From Elsinoe ampelina (taxonomy: Eukaryota), in assembly GCA_010093995.1 (NCBI GenBank), contig ML992541.1, forward strand, positions 1-39,894: a stretch of DNA of 39,894 nt, in the 5' to 3' direction. Position numbers and translations under genes: made by a program. The notes below the pieces were generated by a model. That model searched no databases and was not told the origin of the DNA. It saw only the letters and a list, made by a program, of their open reading frames with translations. Below are positions 1 to 9,570 of the stretch, piece by piece (the stretch's first letter is position 1; the number at the start of each line of letters is the position of its first letter).

Positions 1-1656
1 GGGGGAGGCGAGATGTCAGCCATCGGAGTCCCTCCAGGCTGCTGACTGTGAGATCCTTCCCGTGGGAATCGATCCTGCGGAGCTTGCGATCAGGAACCGT
101 TCGCATGGGAAACGGTGAGGGGTTTCATTCGTGCGAATTTGTAAGCGGCTGCTCGGGGGGTTTGACCTTACACAGTGTCTTGTGGTCTTTATTATGCATC
201 TTGCCGTTGGTTGCGACATAAGACGTGGACATGGATTCTGGGCATTGTGCCACTTTACTGTGGACCAGATGCTGCTATCTGATATGATCGAGGGGAGTGA
301 GTATTGGCAAAGTCAATGTGGCAGATCTTCGTGCGTGGGAATGGCGGTGAATTCACTCAAACGAGTGAGCATGCGCCATGCAGGAGGGTGTGCAAGGGGG
401 CGTCAGTGTGCATGGGAAGGAGTGGTACCTGCATTGGACGACTCCGCGGCCTAGAGTACCTTGTACAAGTTTACACTGTACAATAATTTTTAAAATGCGT
501 TCCTCCGGCAAGCAGTGCATGGCCAGGGCCCGGGGACAGCTCATTGGTAAGCCTTCGCCGTATGGCTGACTGCACGAGGGCGATCTTCATGCCGCTTTAC
601 CCACGCATAGCAATGGAGGCGCCGAATCAGCGTGAAGGTTCAGGAACGTGGGATCAGATCGAAACAAGTGTGTGCTTCCCCGGAGATGCAACCGCATATG
701 AGCTGCATCTTGAGGATCTGTGACAGGATCCTGCAGCGTGCATTAGAAAGACACTGCATGCTGAAGGTGGAATGTGATTGGTGGACTAGGAAAGCCCTCT
801 GCAGGAGATTTTTTCATAAGCACGCACAGATCAGTCGAAATTCGTCATGCAAAGAGCGCATGTTTATCCTCGGATGTGAGTGTCAAGAGCAACTTAGGTA
901 ATCTTGGACGAGCGAGCAGACGCAGTGACGTGCTCCCGTTTTGGGAAATGGTTCCTGACGAGCCACCACACCAGCCACCAGCCACCAGCCACAATTTCAT
1001 GTGGATCCCTGCCACGGCGATTATGTATGCAGGTCCCTCATTTATGTTTTGGTGTTATGCCCGAATGATATCTTGCTGTGCATGTTTCCTCGATACCCTC
1101 CCCTCATTCATACTCTCGCTACCTCTGTCTGGTCCAGAGCGCACTTGTACATGTCCTGACTAGGTGGCTTCAGCTCGCAAATACGTAGCGTCATCATCAC
1201 TGCCGCGGAGCATACATATCCAATAGCAATACCAGCGATCGACTCGTTTGTTTATCCCGATTTTCGGTCAATATTGCGGCACAGCACCTCTCAACAAGCA
1301 ACTTCAGCTTTGCTTTTGGCAAACTGCGGATCCTGCTATAATCGACGAGTCCAGAACTATACGCCCGAGCGCCATATTCATCCCGCATCGTCAACGGCTG
1401 CGAGACATCTTGCAAGACGCAAGCACTACCGGAGCATTCTTCAATTGCCGAGTCCATCAACCATAACCATCTTTGAGGGTATCAAGCCAACAAGGACACA
1501 TCCTGTGCAACACCTGTACGAATAGTTTTCTGTAGAACAAGAAAGAGTGCAGGACTACACCTACCTCTTATCCGTTACCTTGTCGACATCTCCAATTGCT
1601 CGGTCAGATCCCAACGGTCTCCCGAGCCTATTGAAGGTCTTTTGTCTCAGAAGGAA

Positions 1657-3072
1657 ATGGCGACTCGCTCCAACGGACTTCCTTCCATACCAGACCACGT
1701 CGCATCCCCGCCGCGCTATTCGATACAGTCTTTCAACACTGGCGTCGCTGCCTCCTCGTACAGTAGCTATTCCGATTCCGTCACGACGCCCATCTCAGAG
1801 TATGGTTATACCAGTAGCGATATAAGGCCAGGATCAGCAAAGTCTTCCGCCCCAGACTCATTTGGATCCAGAGTCTTCAGTACCTTATCGGACGCCGTCA
1901 AGAAGAGTCCCAACAATTTTTCGAATCTTTCCAGAACAGCATCAGTACATACAAGAGCAAAGTCGGTGGCGGACAGCCCAGGTGCCATGCTCGCTCGTAC
2001 GACTAGCATTCGCCTGAGCGGCTTGCTCAACCGGACCCCGACGCAGAAGCAGCAGAAGCAGGTCGAAGAGCAGGACGACGAAATGTCAGAGCCAGAAGAC
2101 ATACCAACATACACACCAACATTTAGCGGTACACCTCGAAGGCAGTCTGGGAGTGCGGCTAGTACACCGAGACATAACACACCATCTCGTCCTTCCACAG
2201 CACAGCCGTCGAAAGGAGGTCGATTTGCGTGGTTCTCTACACCAAAGGCAGAATCACCAGCTCAAGCCCGCACGTCTTCGAATCTTACGACCAGTTTGGA
2301 GTTGACAGATCCCCTCTTATCGCTTAATATTGGATCTTCACTCTTTCCTAGTGGACCCGCGGATCCTCATGATCCCGCTTCCTTTAATGATCTCCTTCTC
2401 AACGCGACCGCGACGGCCGAGAGACTACAATCTGCCTACCGGGCACAAGCAGCTCTTCTGAAACAAGCACAGTCTGAGCGTGACGCTGCAGCCGAAGAGA
2501 AGGACGAAGCCGCCACCCGGGCAACACATCTCAAGTCACAACTTGAAACTTTCGCTCTGAAAGCCGCTGAGCAACAACAAGCTATGCAGGACATGTCAGA
2601 ACAACTCAGCCGGGAACGACAACGAAGAGTCGAAGAAATTGCCGAGCTAGAATCACTGCGGCGATGGAAGCGAGAAACCGATGAACGCCATGACAGCGTG
2701 CTCGAAGGGGCGAAGAGTCCCGCTCCCAACCAGGATGAAGACAGCACGCCTCGAAGACGGAGAAAGGGTCGGCCTAGCGATGGTCTGAACAGCGACAGTG
2801 GATTCGAAAGCGACGCCGAGAGTGTAACCTACTCTGTAGACACGGCGAGCACGGTCAGCGGGCCAATGACACCGGCGATTCACCATGTCCCATCGTTGGG
2901 CATGGAGCAGCATGGCTGGGAGCGCCAAGTCGAAGGACGAATGGCACAGAAGGCAAACACGACTGGTGTTTGGGGTGTGGTCGGAGACCTGCAAAGGGAG
3001 AATCATCGGCTGAAGACCAGAGTGAAGGAGTTGGAAGGTGCCGTGGAGGGATGCTTGGAAATGGTCGGGTAG
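1657..3072 (+). CDS. Hypothetical protein, Ser/Thr-rich N-terminus with central and C-terminal coiled coils
   Basis: Uninterrupted ORF of 471 aa from the first ATG at 1657 (MATRSNG). Heptad-like stretches: AERLQSAYRAQAALLKQAQSERD...EELESLRR-type region and DLQRENHRLKTRVKELEGAVEGCL at the C-terminus. Confidence 0.8.
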   Translation: MATRSNGLPSIPDHVASPPRYSIQSFNTGVAASSYSSYSDSVTTPISEYGYTSSDIRPGSAKSSAPDSFGSRVFSTLSDAVKKSPNNFSNLSRTASVHTRAKSVADSPGAMLARTTSIRLSGLLNRTPTQKQQKQVEEQDDEMSEPEDIPTYTPTFSGTPRRQSGSAASTPRHNTPSRPSTAQPSKGGRFAWFSTPKAESPAQARTSSNLTTSLELTDPLLSLNIGSSLFPSGPADPHDPASFNDLLLNATATAERLQSAYRAQAALLKQAQSERDAAAEEKDEAATRATHLKSQLETFALKAAEQQQAMQDMSEQLSRERQRRVEEIAELESLRRWKRETDERHDSVLEGAKSPAPNQDEDSTPRRRRKGRPSDGLNSDSGFESDAESVTYSVDTASTVSGPMTPAIHHVPSLGMEQHGWERQVEGRMAQKANTTGVWGVVGDLQRENHRLKTRVKELEGAVEGCLEMVG

Positions 3073-3212
3073 AGGGCATCATTGGATAGAGGGGCTAACG
3101 ATAGATAGACAATTTATGAAACGCTCTGTGAGCTATGTAAGCAATGTCCCGTCTCTCTCGTGAATATATATACTGTGTCCTCTCCTGCTTTGACCCTATG
3201 TGAAGCCAACAG

Positions 3213-4625
3213 CTACTTCTCAGCTTGGGTGGAGCCATGAGTCCTCACCTTGACAACCCTGGCCCACTTAGGCATGCTCATCCTCCCGACCTTGAGGCCG
3301 TTGACTGAGCCATCTCCGCCAACAGGAACCACACTGACGACCACCTCGCTCTTGCTTTGATCTCCCCTCTCGACACGGTCCAGCTCAACAGTCTGCATCT
3401 CTAGCTCGATGTCCATCTCACTGCTCGATGTCATTGTTCTGTGATTGTCAGCACCATCTAACTTCAACCCAGGCAGAATCACTCACGCAGTCCCAGTCCC
3501 AGTTTCAAGCTCCGACTTGTTCCCACTCCCATGACTCCCCTTCCTCCCCAAGCCCGACCCAAACGAAAACGAACTCAACAACCTCCCTCTCCCCTTGCTC
3601 TCACCGACGGACCCACGACTCCCCTTCCTGCCGCACCGCTTCACTCTTTGTCCCATCCTCTCCATCCAGGTGACAACCCCTCCCAACCCCACCGCCCTCA
3701 ACCACCCCTTATACATCCCCCTCGCCTCACTCCCCACCCCAAACAACCCAAACACCAACCCCCCGGCAACGACCTGCATCCACTTATCCACCCCAACGTA
3801 CCCGAAACACGGCACCATAGCGATCTGCTTCCAAGCCTGATAATCATGCACCTTCCCCCAATCAAAAGGCGACGGATCCCTCGGCCAATTCTGGAAGAGC
3901 AAATACAGCGTCACCGGGAAAACCAGCAAGACAAACCCCAACGCCAAGAGGTAGAGCCTCACGAAGCGGGCTTTGGTCGTGGAACTCGCGCTGAGGAGGG
4001 GCGCGAACGTGCGGCGGTGCAGGCGGAGCCGGACCAGGATGAGGAGGGCGTAGTAGACGTTGACCAGGGCCAGGAGGGCGGGGGGCAGGATGATGAGGCA
4101 GGCGGACGGCCAGGTGTTGGAGAGGGAGGGGGTGCAGCCTGCTATTCCCACGATGGCGTAGCGGGTGGGTTGGACGAGGAAGTGGGATGTCATTGTCGCT
4201 GTGGGGGGCAGGAAGCAGAGCGCGAGTTCGAGGAGGCGGGATCGGCGGGTTTGCGAGGGCGTGGGCGTGATGGTGAGGTTGTCTGTGTCGAGGACGAGGG
4301 CGAGTTTTCGGAGGATGCAGAGGGTTGCGCTGGGGAGGGCGGTGGAGGTTGCGAGGGTGAATTTGACGTGGACGTCGCAGTAGATTTTTCCTGAAGGCCA
4401 GGTGGGGAGGTGGTCGTTTGGCCAGAGGAGGGCGTTGAGGAGGTTGAAGAGGTTGGTGAAGAGGATGAGGGAGGTGAGGAAGGTCGGGGCGAGGTTGGTG
4501 TGTTTGGCGTGCCAGATTAAGGGCGGGAGGGTGAGGAGGAGGGAGAGGGTGGAGAGGATGGCGAGGAGGATGGCGAGTGGGTAGGGGCCGGTGGAGAGGA
4601 GGAGGGAGAGTTGGGTGATGTCCAT
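3213..4625 (-). CDS. STE3: STE3-type (a-factor class) pheromone receptor GPCR; 2 exons (4625-3487, 3438-3213)
   Basis: Seven hydrophobic segments with STE3 hallmarks: WH, NALLWPND, GKIYCDVHVKF, HFLVQPTRYAIVGIAGCTP, RFVRLYLL, PFDWGKVH, FGVGSEARGMY. The apparent stop at 3483-3485 lies inside a 48-nt intron, 3486-3439 (GTGAGT...GCTGAC...CAG). Removing it joins the downstream in-frame ORF (TMTSSSEMDIELEMQ...). Confidence 0.92.
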
Positions 4626-5920
4626 GCTGGCTTTAGGACGGCGTGTTGGGTTGTGTGGTATGAGTAGGGAGAGAAAGATGGTAGGAAGAGAAAGGGTACT
4701 TGACCTTCATGTTTGTATATGGTGGTGGTCATTGGGGAGGAGAGCTATTGACGACTCGCACGAACAGGCCGAACAGAGCAGCAAGCACGAAAAGATGGCA
4801 ATAGAAAGAGACTGATCGAGAATAGGGAACACTCATTGGCTCAATGGTGGGAGGTGAGATGAGTGGTCGTCGTTTTCTTATTGACGAGTGACGGAAGAGG
4901 TTGTCAATAGCAGAGACATGACTTCCATTGGCGGGTGAAATGCATACAAACCACGTGATTTCATCACATTTGACGAAAATCATGTCCAGAAGACGGACTC
5001 CGGAGATGCGGAATAGACACTTATGCAGTCATGGCGAATTTTGTGGATGATCCATGGTTGTGTGGATAGAAATGAGCATCTCCGGAGCGTGAGGTTGGAG
5101 GTCGCAGAGCCGCATTCGTCCTTATCTCGTCCGTTCCCAATTCGTGCCAAGGCGACAGACTCTTATCAGCGAGACGACAAGATATATCAAACCTCCTGTT
5201 CGTTCTCTCTTTTTCATCAATTTTTGCATCTCAGCATGCCAGCATCATACCAGTTTGAATTTTCTCCTCTTCCAAATCAGAAAACTCTCGACCGGAGATG
5301 TCATGATCGATCGACGTCAGCGTCACTCGGTCGTGAACCGCCATTACGTTATGCGAATTCGCCTCTTCCCCTCAATGCTTGTTTGCGGCGCAAAGTAGCT
5401 TGTTCAAACGCCAACCAGCCCATGAGATGTTACCCGTCTGCGATGCCAACATGGCAGGATATGGTTACTCTAGAGACTCGAAATACTCAGATTGATGTTG
5501 CAGAGCTCGAACGGTAAGAAGCTGGCTTCTCTCGATTCGATCACGCGGACCAGGCTGGATCTGAAGCCCATCGCCGGACGTTGAAGTCAAATGGTACCCT
5601 TCCGAACCTCTTCCATTTCTCCATGATCACCCCAGGAGCCGCTTTGCCGGGTCCTGAAGGTCATTACGTTACAAGAGCATCAGTTTGAGCCTGGTACGCT
5701 CGTCACTTTCATTCTTATTCTTGGTCCTGCTCCGTGTATTTCATTCTCCATTCCCTGCATATCCAGATCTGCCTAGCATCCACACTTTACAATCTTCAGC
5801 GTTGTAAACTCCAACGATCCAAGCGACTGCGAATTCATCAGAAGTCCTCAATCCGAGTCAAATACACAGAGCCACCCACTCAAGCCCACAGCTGGTGGTG
5901 TCTCCAAGCTCCGCTGCACA

Positions 5921-6760
5921 ATGAGTAGCAAAACAGTAGCCGATCACATCCTCAACTTCAATATCGATGCATATCTAAACCCAATTCTTCCACCATCAAT
6001 ACTGCCTCGGCTACCGATTCTCCTTTCATACCCGCTTGGATTCCGCAAAACGCCGCCGCCTTCTCTACCGACGACAGTACACACACTCATCTCTGTCATC
6101 ACCACGTTCCTTGGCCTTCTCACAGTAACCGCTATTGTCAACTTTGCGCCTCAGCTACAGCACATTTCGACCCCAGTCCTCATCCCATCACTAGGCGCCG
6201 GAGCTGTGCTCAACTATGTGACGCCGAATTTACCCGCTGCTCAACCACGACCCACTATCCTTGGCCAGACTATCTCGGCGACCGTCGGTGTAGCCATAGC
6301 CAAAGGCTTTGAAAGGCTATCTGAGCCACTCGATGATCTTGCCTGGCTAGCTGTACCCACTGCTGTGGCTGTAGCAGTCCTCGCCATGCGCCTGACCAAC
6401 ACAGTTCATCCCCCGGGAGGTGCGACTGCAGCCCTGACTGTGGCGACATCGAGCACGCGTAATCTCTCATGGTGGATTGTTGCATTGGTCGCCTTGAGCA
6501 CGTCTACCATGGTCGGCGTTGGTCTGGTAGTCAACAACATTGGCCGGAAATGGCCAGAGTTCTGGTGGAGCTCAGAGGAGATGGGGACCAGATGGAAGAA
6601 AGAGGCACCTCAGGAGAAGGAGGAAGAGTTCAGCGATGATGAAGAGAAGGCCCTTGGACGTGGCAGAGATAGTGGAAGCACGCTTGGCAAGTCGAAGAGC
6701 AATGAGAGCGACGGGACCTTACGAGGGGGCGTCTGTAAATGCTGTGGTAGAAGCGGATGA
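5921..6760 (+). CDS. HPP family integral membrane protein
   Basis: Motifs SLGAGAVL, PAAQPR, GQTISATVGV and TNTVHPPGGATA, with several transmembrane segments and a charged C-terminal tail. Confidence 0.9.
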   Translation: MSSKTVADHILNFNIDAYLNPILPPSILPRLPILLSYPLGFRKTPPPSLPTTVHTLISVITTFLGLLTVTAIVNFAPQLQHISTPVLIPSLGAGAVLNYVTPNLPAAQPRPTILGQTISATVGVAIAKGFERLSEPLDDLAWLAVPTAVAVAVLAMRLTNTVHPPGGATAALTVATSSTRNLSWWIVALVALSTSTMVGVGLVVNNIGRKWPEFWWSSEEMGTRWKKEAPQEKEEEFSDDEEKALGRGRDSGSTLGKSKSNESDGTLRGGVCKCCGRSG

Positions 6761-6984
6761 TGGACACTAGACATTCGTCCAGTGGTCAACAGTACGCTGG
6801 GTTAGATGAGGATGTTCGATGCGTAATGATCACATGGGACACATTCCACTTCAAGCCACAGATCACGATGGATAGCCTTTTCCTCTCTCTCGATCGATTG
6901 ACATTACGACATCATAGTATGAGATTACAGTACCCTCCATTCATGGCTTTAGCGCACACCACGGGTCCTCCTATGCCTGCTTCT

Positions 6985-7773
6985 TTACTCGCCTGCCCCT
7001 TGCGCGGTCTTCACCTTCATCATCTTGGACAAATCCCTCCCGAACAGAGCCAACGCTAGGTCACCCATCCGGCCGGTCCCATCCGCCTCGTAGACAGCAT
7101 ATCCATTGTCAAGCGCATTCACGACAGTGTTTTTATTCTGCTCGACCCACGCATCAAATTGAGCTTGCGTGTCGAAGACAGGGATAGACCAGTCGGTCAC
7201 GCTGGGATAGAGCTCATGCAGCTCGCGTTCTTCCTCGTCCTTGTACACAGGCGGCACCCACACACATACCTCCAAACCCTCCATGTCTGCTTCCATATCG
7301 GCATACCGTGCCATCTTCGCATTGAGCTCATCGACTTGTCCTTTTCCAAGCAGAGCAAGCACTACATCTCCCATGTTGCCCTCCTCGTCGACGCCGTAAG
7401 CGGCGACTCCATTGTCAAGTGGCACTGTGCATGTCTCTGGATTCTGGTCTCCCCACTCCTCGAACTCCTGTCTGTTGCGGAGTACAGGAATTGTCCAGTC
7501 AGTGATGCTAGGGTAGACTTCTTGGAGCTCGTTTCGGTTGAAGTCTTGCCTTGCTTGCTCGACAAAGTCGTGCCCGACAACAGCAAGAACTTTCTTAACC
7601 TTGTTGCCTACATCGTCGGCTGCGTATATGGCGAAGCCGTTGCGGAACGGGAGCACAATGAAATGAGGGTTTTGTGCGCGCCACTCTTGCATTTGCTGCC
7701 TGGATTTCAGGATGGGGACGCTCCAGTCTGTGAAGCCGGGATACAACTGCGATGTTGCAGACGGGGGAGCCAT
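6985..7773 (-). CDS. Hypothetical 262-aa protein made of three ~70-aa repeats (YPxxTDWxxP...QN...NGxAxY); no signal peptide
   Basis: First true ATG at 7773; the ORF-track start at 7947 is GTG. Three clearly homologous units begin near 7746, 7518 and 7212. Conservation is at the amino-acid level with diverged codons, which supports coding. Confidence 0.88.
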   Translation of the reverse strand: MAPPSATSQLYPGFTDWSVPILKSRQQMQEWRAQNPHFIVLPFRNGFAIYAADDVGNKVKKVLAVVGHDFVEQARQDFNRNELQEVYPSITDWTIPVLRNRQEFEEWGDQNPETCTVPLDNGVAAYGVDEEGNMGDVVLALLGKGQVDELNAKMARYADMEADMEGLEVCVWVPPVYKDEEERELHELYPSVTDWSIPVFDTQAQFDAWVEQNKNTVVNALDNGYAVYEADGTGRMGDLALALFGRDLSKMMKVKTAQGAGE

Positions 7774-8409
7774 GATTGTGCGATGGGACAGGCGATGATT
7801 ACAGCAAAGTGAGCCTCTGTGCAAAGTCCGAGGGATCGTAGTCAATCGTACTGCCAGTAGACACCTACTGTGAGCATACGAACATATAGATATGTTAAGT
7901 ACGTCAATTTGCCTTTGGCCTCGCCCGCCTTCAAGTTCAGGCGCCACTTTGCCTTAAGTTCAGCCTCGCCCGCCTCCAGATTACAGTCTCACAAAGCTAC
8001 AGTGTAGTAGGCCATAGGCTATGTTATACAAGAGAGCTTTGACATGGTTCATGCACAATGGCCTCTCGAACTGTACCGGGAGTTTCGGGTTGTCAGTGCT
8101 CTTTCCGTTCCCCGCGCTTTCGGTGAGAAAAGAGTAAGTTTTGGCGCCCGAAAGAGGACTAGACGTCACGATGACTAAGCTACTTCATCCTGTGGGACTT
8201 ACATTCCTGAATAACACAAACTACCAGATAATGGAGGATCGTAGTGAAGTTACCTCTGTGGAGTGCATCAGCTATTTCTGTACGCCTTACGTCGACTGTT
8301 CGACCAAGAATAAGTCGATGGTTATTCTACCGTAGGCTGCACCGGAAGTCCCTTGCCTGGTTTCAGATTTGCTCTTGTCAAACACGACCGCGACAAATTG
8401 TCGCTATAA

Positions 8410-8902
8410 GCACTTGCTAGGCTGTTGGCAGGAGCGTGGTATACCCAGGCTCACCGGTCATAGCCTTCTTCACCGGTGGCCGGGGTCCCACAGCGACCGG
8501 TGAAGTGGTAGTTTCAGTAAGTGTTTTTAGCCTTCAGCTCCACAGCCCCCTTCACCGGTCATAGTCCTCTCTGCGAAGGGTCATGGCGATAGTAGCAAAC
8601 AAGGACGAAATGACCATCAGGACAAGTTGTCCTTGCTAGGCTGTTGACAGGAAGATTTTACACCTACGTTCACCGGTCGTAGCCATCTTGACCGATTATA
8701 GCACTCTCTGGGAAGGATGATGGCAATGGCAGCAAACAAGGACGAAATGAACATCAGGACAAGCTGTCCTTGCTAGGCTGTTGACAGGAAGGTGTTACAC
8801 TTACGTTCACCGGTCATAGCCCTCTATACGGACGGTCATAGCGATAGCAGCAAAGAGGGACGAAACAACAATCATGACAAGTCGTCCCTCTTGGGCTGTT
8901 GC
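8410..8902. repeat. Degenerate tandem repeat, unit ~118-137 bp, about 3-4 copies
   Basis: CTTGCTAGGCTGTTG occurs at 8413, 8632 and 8769, with a degenerate copy near 8888. AGCAAACAAGGACGAAA occurs at 8594 and 8731, with a variant at 8848. TCACCGGTC occurs at 8451, 8552, 8670 and 8807. Confidence 0.92.
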
Positions 8903-9156
8903 ATCGGCGTTGGACCTGCATTTGGTGACCATCAGAACACGTCGTCTACTTGCAGCAAGATTTCGAATTGACCGCAGGGATATAAGATCATGTCAGTCAT
9001 CCAGGACATCGCCATCAAAACCAAAATCTCCAACAGACTACCTTTATCATCTTAAGAATCTACCAAAGTCGTCAAATCTGATACTCTCAGCGTACGCAGC
9101 ATCTCAAGCGCCAATTCTACTAGGAAGAAATTACTCGCGCAGCCATCAAAATCAAA

Positions 9157-9570
9157 ATGCGTTTCAACATCGCGGCAATCAGCCTAGCCCTCCTCGCCGG
9201 CGCCTGGGCGCAAACTGAGCTCCCGACCCTTGCCGACAGACAGGCGCTTCTTAGCTTCTCTGAACAGAATCCCGACTCATACGTATCATCTTACGAGAAC
9301 GGCTACGCTGTATTTCGCGACGGGAAGCCAATTGCCATCGCCGACGCTGGTCTCGCTGATGAGATGCGGCCTGACATCAAGGCTTTGGCCAAGACCCGCA
9401 TGCGCCGTGCTGTCCCTAGCGGTGGATCCAGCGGCGCCGAACCAACCCCGCTTGACCCGTCGTCGGTCTTTTGCCGACCCAAAAGCTGCCACTCCATCTC
9501 GAATTGCCCGAGGCCTTGTCGCGTATGCCACAAACTTCTTTCTAGCTCAAGGACTGGCACATGCTACTGA
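9157..9570 (+). CDS. Small secreted cysteine-rich precursor (signal peptide + pro-domain + dibasic site + six-Cys knottin-like peptide); candidate effector or toxin
   Basis: Signal peptide MRFNIAAISLALLAGAWA. ATG context CAAAATG. RMRR at aa 81-84. C-terminus CRPKSCHSISNCPRPCRVCHKLLSSSRTGTCY. Possible TATA element (TATAAG) at 8981. Confidence 0.9.
   Translation: MRFNIAAISLALLAGAWAQTELPTLADRQALLSFSEQNPDSYVSSYENGYAVFRDGKPIAIADAGLADEMRPDIKALAKTRMRRAVPSGGSSGAEPTPLDPSSVFCRPKSCHSISNCPRPCRVCHKLLSSSRTGTCY

Noticed and set aside
1..23. Possible start of a minus-strand gene (MADISPP...) running off the window
   Set aside because: Too little sequence to support.
24..1640. Short ORFs in the left intergenic region and a CCAGCCA triplet near 971-991
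   Set aside because: No coding signature or motif; likely promoter or UTR sequence.
3213..3485. Stop-codon readthrough or pseudogene in STE3
   Set aside because: Explained by a canonical 48-nt intron containing the stop.
3213..4625. Mating-type locus
   Set aside because: No alpha-box or HMG genes, APN2 or SLA2 nearby; receptors are generally unlinked to MAT in filamentous ascomycetes.
7774..7947. N-terminal extension of the repeat protein shown in the ORF track
   Set aside because: Starts at GTG and looks non-coding; the first ATG at 7773 directly precedes repeat 1.
8410..8902. CRISPR-like array
   Set aside because: Whole units are homologous with no unique spacers, the context is eukaryotic, and no cas genes are present.
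9157..9570. Pheromone or RiPP (dikaritin) precursor
   Set aside because: No repeated core peptides or CAAX end, and no DUF3328 or tyrosinase genes in the window.
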